A stretch of 64,000 nucleotides of DNA. Origin: Nitrosopumilus sp. Lineage in GTDB: Archaea > Thermoproteota > Nitrososphaeria > Nitrososphaerales > Nitrosopumilaceae. The stretch's first letter is position 1. Each line of letters begins with the position of its first letter. The notes under the pieces are model-generated. The model saw only the letters and a program-made list of their open reading frames with translations, made no database searches and was not told the DNA's origin. Position numbers and translations under genes: made by a program. Shown here piece after piece: positions 40,100-51,852 of this stretch. The stretch covers positions 832,001-896,000 of the forward strand of contig OZ243974.1 in assembly GCA_965214775.1 (NCBI GenBank), read 5' to 3'.

Positions 40100-40742
40100 G
40101 CCGTTTGTAATCTTAAATGCGGCAACGTCAATTGATGGAAAAATCGCAACAAGACACGGTGATTCGAAGCTGTCATCTGCCGAGGATCTGAAACGTGTTC
40201 ACAGACTGAGATCACGGGTTGACGCAGTTCTAGTCGGAAAAAATACCGTTTTGGAGGACAATCCGATGCTGACAGTCAGGGCCGTAAAGGGAAAAAACCC
40301 GATTCGAGTAATCATAGATTCAAAGGGATCAATTCCATCCAGATCCAAGATTCTGCAAACCAGTAAGACCATTCCGACAATTGTTGCAGTTTCAAAATCC
40401 ATTTCCAAGCCAAGTCTGGAAAGGCTAAGAAGGTTTCCAGTCGACATAGTCATTTCAGGAGCGTCAAATGTGAATTTGAAGTCCCTGCTGGAAATTCTCT
40501 GCAAGAAAAAGATTTCAAAAATTCTTGTCGAGGGTGGAGGTACTACAAACTGGGAATTTGTCAAGAGCGGTCTGGTTGACGAGCTCTTCGTTACGGTTTG
40601 CCCGTACATTATCGGGGGTTCTGAGTCAGTCTCGTTGGTGGAGGGAAGGGGCTTTTCCAAGGTTTTGGATTCCCCGAAATTATCCCTAAAATCCATGCGG
40701 AGGCTCAAAAATCACCTTGTGTTGCATTATGTCAAGCTCTAA
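40086..40742 (+). CDS. arfC: RibD-C family pyrimidine nucleotide reductase
   Basis: SIDGKIA, VHRLR..DAVLVG, DNP.LT.R, LVEGG. Confidence 0.85.
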   Translation: MAASKPFVILNAATSIDGKIATRHGDSKLSSAEDLKRVHRLRSRVDAVLVGKNTVLEDNPMLTVRAVKGKNPIRVIIDSKGSIPSRSKILQTSKTIPTIVAVSKSISKPSLERLRRFPVDIVISGASNVNLKSLLEILCKKKISKILVEGGGTTNWEFVKSGLVDELFVTVCPYIIGGSESVSLVEGRGFSKVLDSPKLSLKSMRRLKNHLVLHYVKL

Positions 40743-40778
40743 GTTCTTATACTTATTTTGGAATAAAGCTACAAGAGA

Positions 40779-41015
40779 TTGGCAGCAAAAAATCAAGATA
40801 CAAAAAGAAAGGTTGCACCAAAAAAGAAAACCGCAACCCAAAAGAAGGCTACTAAATCAAAAACAAAGAAACCGGCATTTGGAGGATATTCAATAAGTTT
40901 TGCAGGGCGTAAAGAAACCGCCGAACAAATCTTTGGTAAAAAACCAATTGCACCAAATGAGATGACCAAAAAAATATGGGCATTTGTTAAAGAAAAGGAC
41001 CTTTCAAACCGTTAA
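40779..41015 (+). CDS. small Lys-rich protein with SWIB-like C-terminus
   Basis: K/T/A-rich tail, then QIFGKKPIAPNEMTKKIWAFVKEKDL. Confidence 0.7.
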   Translation: MAAKNQDTKRKVAPKKKTATQKKATKSKTKKPAFGGYSISFAGRKETAEQIFGKKPIAPNEMTKKIWAFVKEKDLSNR

Positions 41016-41250
41016 TCAAACCGTTAATCAAACCGTTTAATGATCACTGGTTAACTAATTTCTATATTTTAGTTCTGATAGCAGCAGCCAGGCCGGATGT
41101 GAGAGGAATCGTTGCTGCCGTTTGGCGTTTTCAAGGCGTGCCTCTCGGATTGGTTTTTTCCGTCTTTGCCAGATTTTTCAACGCATTTAGATCAAGCTGG
41201 ACAATGAACAAGATATAGATAGATATTGGAGTTGATTTGGAGTTGTTGTT

Positions 41251-41805
41251 ATGTCAACTGCGTCTTTAAGAAGAGATCATGATTTAATTGAAAAAGTAAC
41301 AAGAGCCATGGAATCTACAATTCAGTTACTGTCCCAGGGAAAGCAGATTCCGGAATCAATCCTGCTTCCCGTAATTGATTTTACAAAAAACTTTACTGAT
41401 GCATGCCATCACAGCAAAGAGGAAGACTCTCTTTTCCCAGCATTAGAACAAGCCGGGATGCCCAAAGACATGGGGCCTATTGCAATGATGTTGATGGATC
41501 ATGAGCGCTCTCGTCAAATAGGACACAGCATGGAGGAGTCAGCCAAGGAATATCTTTCATCAGGGGACCCTGCGAATCTCATCAGCCACATGAGGCAATA
41601 TGTGGAACACATCACAGAACACTTGTGGAAAGAAAACAATCGGCTGTTCATGATGGCAGAGGCCCGACTGCAACATGTCTCTGAAAAAGTGGACAAGGAA
41701 CTCAATGAAATCGAGGATTCGCGGCTGGATGGCCTGGGAAGATCCAGGGAACATTACGAGCAGCTGGCTGAAAACCTTGCAAGGGATGTAGCAGGCCAGG
41801 ACTGA
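41251..41805 (+). CDS. hemerythrin-like (HHE) protein
   Basis: DH, CHHSKEE..LFP, DHE, EHLWKEN..LF. Confidence 0.9.
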   Translation: MSTASLRRDHDLIEKVTRAMESTIQLLSQGKQIPESILLPVIDFTKNFTDACHHSKEEDSLFPALEQAGMPKDMGPIAMMLMDHERSRQIGHSMEESAKEYLSSGDPANLISHMRQYVEHITEHLWKENNRLFMMAEARLQHVSEKVDKELNEIEDSRLDGLGRSREHYEQLAENLARDVAGQD

Positions 41806-42042
41806 ACCCTTTGACAAATAGCGTATTTGGCAAGCAGGTGGTATAGGGGGGTTGTTTCATAATTTGCCGGAATTCCTGAAAACCGCTGGGATGCCACATG
41901 GAATGCGTGCAAAAGGGCGAAAATTCAGAAAAACGTGCAGGTTGAATCAGGCAGGTGGAATTAGGAAACAGCCCCGGTAGCAGGAGTAGGGAGGTTTTCC
42001 AACAATGACGTTAAGGTTGACTTTTGCCACGAGGATGGGATT

Positions 42043-42258
42043 TTGGCCTGTCGACACTTCTCCGCCTCTGCCTCCTACCCAGACCCCGGCAGGTCAGGAA
42101 GTTTCCCAAATAGCCTGATCGAGCCGCTGTGTTTGACATTGGCCACAGGCATTTGTGTTGAGATATTCTTTGATGGCTCGGGAAATCCATCACACGTTGA
42201 AATGGAAGAATGCTATGAGGATGAGTTTGACGAGGACTCTGTTTTGGAGGAATCATGA
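42043..42258 (+). CDS. small hypothetical protein
   Basis: 71-aa ORF with acidic tail; no family recognised. Confidence 0.4.
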   Translation: MACRHFSASASYPDPGRSGSFPNSLIEPLCLTLATGICVEIFFDGSGNPSHVEMEECYEDEFDEDSVLEES

Positions 42259-42395
42259 ACTCCAAATGTATCTTGGAGATCAAGGCGTTCCAAAGATCTC
42301 ACTGATCTTCACTCAACAACGATGTCATCATCAAGTGTCCTCGTCTATTCATAATACGTCAGAATCATACTTAAGGGATGCGCCAATTTTCACGA

Positions 42396-43799
42396 CTATT
42401 CGACGTAATGGTGATGAACCAGGTTGTCATAGAACCTGACTGATTTTATGTTTACAAATTCAAGCATCCCATAACGTGACAGCTCCCTTCCAAAGCCACT
42501 GTGTTTAATCCCTCCAAAAGGAATCCTTGGATCAGAAACAACCACGTTGTTTACGCTTACAATTCCCGATTCAATTCGTCTTGAGATTTTTTCAGCTTTT
42601 GCCAGATCTTGAGTCCAAATACTTGCACCCAGTCCGAATTCAGTGTCATTTGCCATCTTTATGGCCTCGCCTTCGTTTTCTACAACGGTAATTGGCGCAA
42701 CCGGCCCAAATGTTTCCTCTCTGGCAATTCTCATGTCTGGTTTTACATTTGTAAGGATTGTAGGCTCGTAAAAAAATCCCTTGCCGCCTTTCTTTTTCCC
42801 CCCTAGAAGAATTTCAGAGCCCTTTTCTCTTGCATCCTCGACTATTTCTGAAACTGTCTCAAATCCTTCTCTGCTTGACAAGGGGCCAATATCCGTCTGA
42901 ATTGATGCCGGATCTCCGATTTTTAACTGAGAGGCTTTTTTGACAAACAGTTCGGTGAAATCCTTGGCAATGTCCTTTCCAACAAGGAATCTTTTTGATG
43001 CAACACAACTCTGGCCACAGTTTATGAACCTGCCTTTAACTGCGCCTTCGGCTGCCTTTTCAACAATTGCGTCATCCAAGACTATGAAGGGATCACTTCC
43101 GCCAAGTTCCAAGACACATTTTTTCAGATTCATTGCCGCCCTTTTGCCTACATTGGCGCCTGCGCTGGTGCTTCCGGTGAATGTAACGGCATCTACATCC
43201 GAATCAATCAGGCTGTTTGCAGAGTCGACACTTCCAACCACCGTCTGAAAGACCCCATCGGGGACTCCCGACTCGGCAAACGCCTTTTCTATCTCTATGC
43301 CCGATTGCACTGTAACCCTGGACGGCTTCATGACAATGACGTTTCCTGCCATCAGACATGGCGCGGCAAATCGGAGTGCCTGCCAATAGGGAAAATTCCA
43401 CGGCATTATAGAGCCAATTGCCCCAAGCGGCTCAAAAGTCAGAAAGCTCTTTCGGGCATCCGTATTTAGCACTTCGTCTGAAAGAAAGCTATCCCCATGA
43501 TCTGCATAGAATTCTAATGCCCAAGCACACTTTTCCACCTCGCCTATGGACTCCTTGAGAACCTTGCCCATTTCTGCAGTGGCGACTTTGGCAAGATCCA
43601 GCTTGTTCTTTTTTAGATGTTCAACCAGGTTGTAGATGCAGTTTTTGCGTTTTTCATAATCTTTTTTCCATTCTGGAAAGGCCCCTTTTGCCTTGCCGAC
43701 CAGCCCAAATACTTGGGATTTATTCATTGGCAGGTATGACCGGATCTCTTCCCCGGTTGCCGGATTTACGGTGACTAGCTTGTTCAGGGCTTTATCCAA
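42396..43799 (-). CDS. NAD(P)-dependent aldehyde dehydrogenase (succinate-semialdehyde dehydrogenase-like)
   Basis: MPWNFP, FTGS, LELGGSD, GQSC, EETFGP, PFGG. Confidence 0.93.
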   Translation of the reverse strand: MDKALNKLVTVNPATGEEIRSYLPMNKSQVFGLVGKAKGAFPEWKKDYEKRKNCIYNLVEHLKKNKLDLAKVATAEMGKVLKESIGEVEKCAWALEFYADHGDSFLSDEVLNTDARKSFLTFEPLGAIGSIMPWNFPYWQALRFAAPCLMAGNVIVMKPSRVTVQSGIEIEKAFAESGVPDGVFQTVVGSVDSANSLIDSDVDAVTFTGSTSAGANVGKRAAMNLKKCVLELGGSDPFIVLDDAIVEKAAEGAVKGRFINCGQSCVASKRFLVGKDIAKDFTELFVKKASQLKIGDPASIQTDIGPLSSREGFETVSEIVEDAREKGSEILLGGKKKGGKGFFYEPTILTNVKPDMRIAREETFGPVAPITVVENEGEAIKMANDTEFGLGASIWTQDLAKAEKISRRIESGIVSVNNVVVSDPRIPFGGIKHSGFGRELSRYGMLEFVNIKSVRFYDNLVHHHYVE

Positions 43800-43841
43800 A
43801 CTCGTCTCCTATTTAATTTAGCAAGCTGTCTTTCAAAGGTT

Positions 43842-44357
43842 CTAGAAAATTTGTTGCATGTCATTTTTGATCTCGTCAATCTTTTTGGAATATGCCTTTT
43901 TTGACTTGTCATTCTTTTTGAGGTTTAGAACGCTTCCGCAAGACGGGCACTTGAACATTCCTTCAAGCGATTCCTCAAATGTGACTCTCGGACAGTCCTC
44001 GTTGCCACAATGATAAAAGTCAGACGCGTTTTCATAGTCTAACCTTTGCTGTAATCTCTCTGAAATTTTCTTTTTCTGGTTCTCAATGAAATTTTCCACT
44101 TCCTCCCTTCTGGTGCGCCACCTGTAGACAAACCATCCCTTTCTTTCGTCTTTGATCCTGATTCCCGTAATCAGCGACTTTCCAAACAGATCATACAGGA
44201 CCTTTCTTACCATGTTGATTCTCAGTCCCGTTGAACTGGCAATCTCCTCGTCTGTTGCATCCTCTGCCTTTAGGAGTGAACGGGCAACCTTGAGGTATTC
44301 GTCGCCTCCAATCATAGAGGCAATTCTTACAAACGGATCCTCGTATTTGTCAACCAA
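43842..44357 (-). CDS. tfe: transcription factor E (TFIIE alpha homolog)
   Basis: TDEEIA...VRKVLYDL...GWFVYRW; Zn ribbon FKCPSCG. Confidence 0.93.
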   Translation of the reverse strand: MVDKYEDPFVRIASMIGGDEYLKVARSLLKAEDATDEEIASSTGLRINMVRKVLYDLFGKSLITGIRIKDERKGWFVYRWRTRREEVENFIENQKKKISERLQQRLDYENASDFYHCGNEDCPRVTFEESLEGMFKCPSCGSVLNLKKNDKSKKAYSKKIDEIKNDMQQIF

Positions 44358-44387
44358 CCTACTTTAATCACTCCCAATTTTCTACTA

Positions 44388-44924
44388 TTAATCCCTTGTT
44401 TCGGACACCACTACGTTTTTCCCGTTTTTTGTGGGCACAATCCTCCTTTGCGCGTTGGGAAACGCCTTTTCAAACTGCCTTCCGCCCTGAATCCTGTCCA
44501 AAAGCACCGCCAACGCACTGATTTCAGAATGAGGCTGACTGCCAATCCCGATGTTATAATCGGCCAAGTCGTATGCCTCCCTGGGTACCTTTTGAGCCCC
44601 TACAACCACCAACAGTCTGTCCTCGTTCCGAAGTTCCTTTTGGGCATCGTTGATTTTTTGGCCATACATTGTAAGATGCACGATTTTGAAGTTTTCCTCT
44701 TCCCTCTTCTTTTTTATGACCGGCCTCCACTTTTCAATAAACTCAACCTCAAAACTTCCCCCCCAAGTCCTGTTGATCTTTTCTAGCGTGTCCTTGATCT
44801 CCGGATTGACTTCGGTCATGTATATTTTCTCAGCACCAAAGGATCTTGAAACCAAAGCCACGTGCGTGGTAACCCTGTCGTCTCTGACTACCCTCTCTCC
44901 AATTCTAAGGACTTGGACAATCAT
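44388..44924 (-). CDS. trm56: tRNA (cytidine56-2'-O)-methyltransferase
   Basis: [28 protein letters not shown]. Confidence 0.93.
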   Translation of the reverse strand: MIVQVLRIGERVVRDDRVTTHVALVSRSFGAEKIYMTEVNPEIKDTLEKINRTWGGSFEVEFIEKWRPVIKKKREEENFKIVHLTMYGQKINDAQKELRNEDRLLVVVGAQKVPREAYDLADYNIGIGSQPHSEISALAVLLDRIQGGRQFEKAFPNAQRRIVPTKNGKNVVVSETRD

Positions 44925-46042
44925 TTTCCTTGTATGCCCCGGCTTGCCTTTCCAAAATTTGAAGAATCATGGCTTTGAAGGATGTTTTGGATTAATTCTT
45001 TTAATTCCTTTACATTTTTTCCGTTCTTTGCAGATACCTCAATCCGTCTCTTGTTTTCAGCCAGGTTCAGAACTTTGATTTTTTCATTCAACTCGTCATT
45101 TTCAACCAGATCTGATTTGTTTAGCGCATAGACCATCCTCCCCCTCTCAATTCCCAGTTCACCCAGTGTTTTCATGCAGCTTGCAAATTTCTTTTTCAGG
45201 TCAAAAACGGTGTCCTTGACATCAATCACCACGATTACCGCATCGGCGTATCCCAGCTCTTCGAGCGTGGACTTGAAGGCATCAATCATGTATGCAGGCA
45301 GCTTGCTGATAAACCCGACAGTGTCTGAGATTAAAAACGATTCGCGGTTAATGTTTACTCTTCTGGTGGTTGTTGAGAGGGTGGTGAACAATTCCTCGCC
45401 CTGGGTTCTTGTCTCCCCCGTCATCTTGTTAAAGAGGGTTGTCTTGCCTGCAGAGGTGTATCCTGCAAGCGAGATGGTTTTGAAGCCCATCCTTTTTCGC
45501 CCCTGCCTGTGAAGCTCCCTTTGCTTGCCGGATTTTTCCAGTTTTGATCTGATCGTCTGCATTCTATGTTTGATGTCGTTATAGTAAACGTCAACCTCGA
45601 ACTTTCCAATTCCCATGAATCCCGGCTGCTCTCCCATGCTGGATAGTCGGACCTTTTCTTTTGCCCTTGCCATCTCGTATCTTAGCTGGGCAAGTTTTAC
45701 TTGCATTTTTGATTCCGCACTGGAAGCCCTGCTTTCAAAGATTTCCAGGATCAGCGCCTCTCGATCCAGAATCTCTCTGTGAAGAACCGCTGCAAGATTG
45801 TAGTTCTGGCTAGGTCTTAGAATCTCATCAAAGACAACCACGTCTGGTCTCAGTTTTTCAGAAATTTCCTGCAGCCGCTCCAAAATCCCTCCGCTGATTC
45901 CATATTTCGGCCGGTTCAAGAATTTTTGCCTGATGGTATGGACAATCTCATAGCCTGCCGCATCACACAGTCCCCTTGCTTCGCTGATTGCATCCTCTTT
46001 TTCGTATGTGATCAGGATGGCTGATTTCATGACTATTTCCAC
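44921..46042 (-). CDS. hflX: GTPase HflX
   Basis: [30 protein letters not shown]. Confidence 0.95.
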   Translation of the reverse strand: MEIVMKSAILITYEKEDAISEARGLCDAAGYEIVHTIRQKFLNRPKYGISGGILERLQEISEKLRPDVVVFDEILRPSQNYNLAAVLHREILDREALILEIFESRASSAESKMQVKLAQLRYEMARAKEKVRLSSMGEQPGFMGIGKFEVDVYYNDIKHRMQTIRSKLEKSGKQRELHRQGRKRMGFKTISLAGYTSAGKTTLFNKMTGETRTQGEELFTTLSTTTRRVNINRESFLISDTVGFISKLPAYMIDAFKSTLEELGYADAVIVVIDVKDTVFDLKKKFASCMKTLGELGIERGRMVYALNKSDLVENDELNEKIKVLNLAENKRRIEVSAKNGKNVKELKELIQNILQSHDSSNFGKASRGIQGK

Positions 46043-46074
46043 AGTGTTGCTGCCGTCTTTATCGTTTCCCGGGA

Positions 46075-47121
46075 TTAGGCGGTCTTTTTGAGTGTCTTTT
46101 CAACGTTCATGTTTAGTACGATCTCAGATATGTCGCTGGCATACTCTGAAATTCTGCGAATATTCTCAGTCATTCTCCTGACCCTGTAAAGCTCCTCATC
46201 GTCTTTTAGCGATTTTGAGGCATCCCTTACTTTCTTCTCAAACCTTGCTATTTGGTTGGTTTTTTCAATGGTACTTTCTGCCTGGGAATAATCTTCTTTG
46301 AATAACGCAAGGCAGGCATCATCCAGTACGGACAGGCCAAAGTCATTCATGTCTTGTAGTCTTTGGAGAATCTCCCTTTTGATTGACTTTTTAAACTCTA
46401 AAAGATCTTTTGCAATAAATGCCGCATGATCTCCGGTCCTCTCGATGTTTTTGACTACAAGCCTGTACCCCAGACAGTTTCGTGCGTTTCTGAAACCCAT
46501 CTCTTTTAGCATGTGCTCGTTTTGTATCGCTATCTTTAACTGACGGATTATATAGAATCCAAATCTGTCCACTTCGTCATCCGTGTTCATGACTTCCTGT
46601 GCAAGATCCAGATTGTTTTCCTTTACAGACAGCAGCGCATCACTTGACATGGATTTTGCCAGGTGAATCATTCTCTTGAAGGCACCGTCTACGGAGAGTT
46701 CCAGCAGGTTAACCAGGACCTGTACGGTAATCCCGCCACTCGAATCAGAGATGATTTCTGAGCCCATCAGCATCCGTTTTACGGCTTCCTTTACCGTGTT
46801 TCTTTGGCCGGGGTTTAGTCTTCCATTTTTTGGTTTGACATGGATCGTCTTGAACCCAAGAAAATACAGCGAGATTAATTTTCTGACAATCGAGGACGGC
46901 TTCTCCTCAATGTCAATCTCGATTACTGCATCCTCCTTTTTTTGAATTCTTGATTCAAATTTTGGCGGGTATATCTCCAAAGTCGAAGAGCCGTTTCTTA
47001 CCATTCTGATCTGATCTCCTTTTTTTAGCCCTAAATCCATAATCCATTGTTTTGGCAATGAAACGATATAGGATGACTTGCCGGTAAACTGGATTTTTCT
47101 AGTTTCTTCTCTTTGTTCCAC
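46075..47121 (-). CDS. AbrB-PhoU domain phosphate uptake regulator
   Basis: [19 protein letters not shown]; DDEVDRF; ERTGDHA. Confidence 0.9.
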   Translation of the reverse strand: MEQREETRKIQFTGKSSYIVSLPKQWIMDLGLKKGDQIRMVRNGSSTLEIYPPKFESRIQKKEDAVIEIDIEEKPSSIVRKLISLYFLGFKTIHVKPKNGRLNPGQRNTVKEAVKRMLMGSEIISDSSGGITVQVLVNLLELSVDGAFKRMIHLAKSMSSDALLSVKENNLDLAQEVMNTDDEVDRFGFYIIRQLKIAIQNEHMLKEMGFRNARNCLGYRLVVKNIERTGDHAAFIAKDLLEFKKSIKREILQRLQDMNDFGLSVLDDACLALFKEDYSQAESTIEKTNQIARFEKKVRDASKSLKDDEELYRVRRMTENIRRISEYASDISEIVLNMNVEKTLKKTA

Positions 47122-47212
47122 AAACTAATGAAAATTTAACTGTCTATATAGTTTGATCCCCTTCGTATGGTTTATCATTCAACTAATATTTAGAGAAAAT
47201 TTTTGGAGGATC

Positions 47213-47686
47213 GTGGATCCGACCATCAAGATAAGGCATACGATTGATGCATTGTTTGGAACAGGCGTCTCAAGGCAGCTGCCAGAGGATCTTGATTTGA
47301 CATTTTCAAGAAAGACGGGAAGGATTCGGACAGTATCCCATGACGGCAGATTGCTTTGTACTCTTAGGATTGACGGGGGCCTGGCCATAAGCCCCTATTT
47401 TGCTCAAATCCTGCTAAAAAATAGAAAATTCAGAGAAAACTGCGTTGAGATAAATGAAGAGGCGGCCCCCTTTGTTCAGGAAGGCCGCTCAGTTTTTTGC
47501 AAGCATGTGGTCTGGTGCGGAAAAAATGTAAGGATTTCAGCTGATACTCCCGTTTTATTCAAAAACAAGGTGATTGCAGTCGGCAGGGCGGTCCTGTCAA
47601 AGGAGATGATCGATGATTTTGACAGGGGCGTGGCCGTCAGAGTCAGAGATAGTTTAAAAAGTCCAAAGGAGAACATAGGACTATGA
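47213..47686 (+). CDS. PUA-domain protein (archaeosine TGT C-terminal-like)
   Basis: SRKTGRIR, GRSVFCKHV, GVAVRVR. Confidence 0.85.
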   Translation: MDPTIKIRHTIDALFGTGVSRQLPEDLDLTFSRKTGRIRTVSHDGRLLCTLRIDGGLAISPYFAQILLKNRKFRENCVEINEEAAPFVQEGRSVFCKHVVWCGKNVRISADTPVLFKNKVIAVGRAVLSKEMIDDFDRGVAVRVRDSLKSPKENIGL

Positions 47687-48024
47687 TGCGTGGCGGAAAT
47701 CGCGAAATGCGAAGAATGATGGACAAGATGGGCCTTGACATGAACGAGATCCCAAACGTCCAAGAGGTGATTATCAAGACCGACAAGAAAGAGATCATTG
47801 TTTCAAAGCCTTCTGTTACTGAAATGAAGGCCAAGGACAATTCCATTTTTACAGTTACTGCTGACGGATATGAGGAAAGGGAGCTTGAGGTTCCGACCTT
47901 CTCTGAGGAAGACATTCAGCTGGTTTGCCAGGGGGCAGGAGTGGATGAAGAAAAGGCCAAAAGCGCGCTAGAAGAGACAAAGGGCGATCTTGCCAGAGCT
48001 ATCTTGCTTTTGACTTCAGGGTAG
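47683..48024 (+). CDS. nac: nascent polypeptide-associated complex protein
   Basis: MRRMMDKMG...EEDIQLV...GDLARAI. Confidence 0.93.
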   Translation: MMRGGNREMRRMMDKMGLDMNEIPNVQEVIIKTDKKEIIVSKPSVTEMKAKDNSIFTVTADGYEERELEVPTFSEEDIQLVCQGAGVDEEKAKSALEETKGDLARAILLLTSG

Positions 48025-48256
48025 CAAGTTTTGTGGCTAAATGAACGGTCTGGCAATGGCATGTTGAATCCGGACTTTTTTTTACAGGCCGGGATGTTTG
48101 AGAGTACGAATTGCGGCTGACGTGTGGATTAGTTGAATCCGCCTTTCTTTTTTGTGATATTTTAAACCGATTTCCAAAGCAGAAACAGGTTTTTTCTCCA
48201 AATCCAGAGCCGATTCGAAAATATCAAAGCAGTCTTTGCCGGCAGGCAGTTCCATT

Positions 48257-49791
48257 AGACTTTATGCGTAATCGACCGTGATTAAAAATTCCGTAGGCTT
48301 TTCCAAACGCAAATGCGCTGATCGGATCAAATTACCGCATGCATCTCGTGTCATGACGCACGTAAAAGCCAGTTGCGCCAAAAGAACGTGCGCAACCATG
48401 CAGCACGGCAGTGTGCCCCGTTGACAAGTCAGAAAGAATGGCGGTCCGTACCGCCGTATGTCATGTGTCTGGCAGCAGATGCAGCTGCTGCAGCAGCTGG
48501 CCATAGTATTTTTTCCTTTTCAACATCGTCTTGAGGTTCTCAAGACCCGTGATTATCTGCATGAAATAATTGAGATCCTTGGCAGTTCCGCCAAACGGCA
48601 TGGTAAGAATGCCATATCTTTTGAGCCGCCCTATGTGGTGCTCCACCCTGACGCGAACCCTGCTTATCTGCTTGCGGCGCCTCTTTTGCGTTGCAGTAAG
48701 ATCCCCGTCCCTGGGCTTCTTTGGGGGCTGCCTGTGTATGGCGCCCGGAAGCATCTTTTGAATGCCCTCAAATCCCAGGTCGCTGTAAATCACAAACGCC
48801 TCTTCCGGATCGTCTGCGTTTTTTGCATTCCTCATTGATCCGGTGTGCCTTCCAAAGTCCGGGCCGCCCCCTGCGTTCATCACGCCCTTGTCGTTGACGC
48901 TTCCGTCCACAGTCTTGCCGCAGTGCAGTATGAGGCCGTCCAGGTTCGAGGTAATTATCGTGTTGAACATGTGCCGCTTTTTTCTTCCCGAGTATCTGGT
49001 CTTTCTTGCGGTCCTGTCCCCGGGCCTGTCTACCGGAGTCAGGGTGCCGTCAATCAGGAGCGTCTTTTTTGGGATCAGCACCTCCTCCAGCTTGCCTGCC
49101 GGGGTCTTGCAGATGATGCTTGCTAGCTTTTCGGAGGCAGGCAGGAGCCGGCGCAGTAACACGGCACCGTACCGGAGGTACCTGGACATTGTGGACTGGT
49201 CGACGTCAAACGTTGCGGCCAGATGATGCTGCGTTGCCTTGGTCCTTATGCTCATGAGTACTGCAAGCAGCGCGTGCCTGATGTACAGCTTGCACCGGTT
49301 TCCGGCATCGCCGCCTCTTACGTCGTCCTCCCAGAACAGGGGCCTGTCCTCGTCGTCCATGACTTCTTCCGTAAAGCGCTCCAGTATGATCGTAAATGAC
49401 TCCTTTGTGCATCCCGTGACGTTGCGAAGGCGCACCGGATCGCCGATTATGCCGTCTGCAACCTCGATTGCGTGCATCCGCAGAGGCGTCCCGCCGCGCA
49501 CGACTCTTTTTGTCTTGTTTTCTTCGGACTGCCACAGTGAGTCCTCAAACGCAAGCTGCTTCCTCATACGCTCGTTTTGCTTGGACATCTGTTTGTTTTG
49601 CTTGGATACCTGCTCGTGTTGCTCGACTAGCATCTCGTGTTGCGCTTGTAACGCTTGAAATGCTTGGAGAGTCTTGTCATTTGAGCCCATACAGTTAGGG
49701 AATCATACAGATCTTTAGGGTTGTTGGTGTGCAAATAATGATCTATTGTGTCGTATTTTTAGATCAGATGGGCCGATTACGCATAAAGTCT
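48257..49791 (-). mobile_element. IS5-family (ISL2/Harbinger-like) element; transposase 48461-49690
   Basis: IDGT, YSGRKK.H, DLGF.G, RVRVEH.IGRLK; TIR agactttatgcgtaatcg; 3-bp duplication att. Confidence 0.92.
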
Positions 49792-50031
49792 ATTACGTCG
49801 TCATCATCATCAGTTTTTGAACCTGAATTAGAATCAATGTCGATTGGGAATGGCAATGTCCCGTAATTTTTTTTTTGAAGAGCAACTCCTGCAAAATGAG
49901 GTTGTTTTGGTCTTCGTCCTGAAATTGAGGCATTGTCTCTTGCCCGTAAATGATATTCAATTTTATCAGATTTAGATTCAGTTTCTTCAAAATGGGGGAA
50001 CGTATCTGCTTCAGTACTTCCTAGATGTATT

Positions 50032-50368
50032 TTTGCAGATCCGGCACGACGGCGCCGCTACTTTCCGCGATCGTTTACAAACGAGTCGACCGCATCTACA
50101 ATGCATGTGACAAACAGCAGCATAGTAAATCCCTTCCCTCCGGCAAATCTGTCCCACTTGGATTCTATATCCATGAACACAGCAGTCCTCCACAGGTTAT
50201 ACAGTATGACAGACAGGTAGAACAGCAACAATCTGACTGCCGGATAGTTGCTGCATGCCTTGCCCATTATTCCCTTGATCACCTGAGTCCAGTCTCAATT
50301 CCCCACCGCTTTCGGTACTCCTCTGATATTTGCTCTAGGACGTCCTCTGTACTTTCAGTAGCCATGTT
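50032..50368 (-). pseudogene. C-terminal remnant of an ISH3-type transposase, interrupted by the next element
   Basis: ...EEYRKRWGIETG; the frame continues upstream past 51718 (YQVFTAN|MAT). Confidence 0.7.
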
Positions 50369-51718
50369 CAGTAGACGGAAATGTACCCCCTTTAAATACG
50401 TCTGACAGACGACAGCGTAAAAAAATCTACCAAAAATGTAAACAAATCTAGATCACACAGATCAACTGTAAGGCGCCCCTACCCGCTATAGTGATTGGAC
50501 AAAATAGCGGGCAAAAGCACCGCATCAACATGGGCAACAGGGTGCTTAATACCTTGGCAAACATCATAGGCGGCGGGGGCGAGATCAAGTTCTCCAAGCA
50601 GCATAACGCGCTATACGGACTGTCACAGTTTGTGATGATCCTGGCATCCATGTGCAAATCAGGCCAGACTGCAACAGAGAGCGTGATAGAGTTTGAAGAC
50701 AACGAGAACCTGCCCACTGCCAGGTGGTTTCACGGAATGGTCCGAACCGCAGGCCTTGACGGAATAAGACAGATTTGCGATGACCTGATGGATATTGCAA
50801 TCAAGGTCGCCAAAAAGGGCGGCATTCACAGTAACGGCCCCGTCATGATTGCAATAGACAAGCACGAGATACCGCGGTATGACAAGGACAACATGAAGTA
50901 TCTGATAAGATCAAAGCCCAAAAAGGGAACAAGCAAGTTCGAGGCGTATGCGACCATGCAGGCAGTCGACTCCCCTGTCAATGCCACGCTCGGATGCATT
51001 CCGCTCACAAGGGAGGACTTTGACGCCGATTTCGTGCGTAAATTTGTGAATATTCTCAGGAAATCAAACATAATGTACCGGCTCTTTCTGCTGGACCGGG
51101 AGTTCTACTCAGTTGACATAATGACAGAGATGTATCGTGCAGGAAAAAAGTTCCTGATGCCTGCAATCAAGAATGCCACAGTAAAGAATGCAATAGAGGC
51201 GGCACACGCAGCAGGCAAGACAAAGGGGAGCTGCGTGTCTGATTTTACCATTACAAACCGCAAAGGCAAGACCGCATCATTTAACCTGGTCATCGTGCCG
51301 TCTGCCATGCACGGGCAGGAGGGCAAGACAGTAGTGGAACAGTACGTGGCATTTGCCACCAACCTCCCGTTCTCCAACGCGCTGCATGAGATCGATACTG
51401 CCTCACCGGACTACCGGAAGAGGTGGGGCATAGAGACAGGATACAGGCAGATAGAGCAGATACGGGCCAAGACCATAAGCAGGAACCAGGACATCAGGCT
51501 GCTTGTATTTTTTGTGTCTGTCTTTGTGTACAACATGTGGGCCATCGAGCGCAACAGGGACGACATATGGTGTGCGAGAAGGGATCTTACGTTATTGCGG
51601 GTTTCATGCGCGCTTCTCATGGCTGCTAGAAGGAATCTTGCAGAATACGGGTTTGCCGGCCCGCCACTGCCGCCGTAGGGTCGAGGTGGCCTTTGGGGGG
51701 TTACATTTCCGTCTACTG
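50369..51718 (+). mobile_element. ISH3-family element; transposase 50491-51678
   Basis: AIDKH.IPRY, LDREFYS, YRKRWGIETGY; TIR cagtagacggaaatgta; 5-bp duplication atgtt. Confidence 0.92.
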
Positions 51719-51852
51719 ATGTTGGCAGTAAAGACCTGGTACTAGCCCGATGACCCATCACTGCGCCTTGGCCGAGTCGGCACAAAGGCGCCTCTGTCCT
51801 GATCCTGCCCACATCATCAGATAAAAACAAGCTAGCCCAAGATATCTTGCTT

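Noticed and set aside
41004-41037. 12-bp tandem repeat tcaaaccgttaa
   Set aside because: Simple slippage duplication of a gene end; no further structure.
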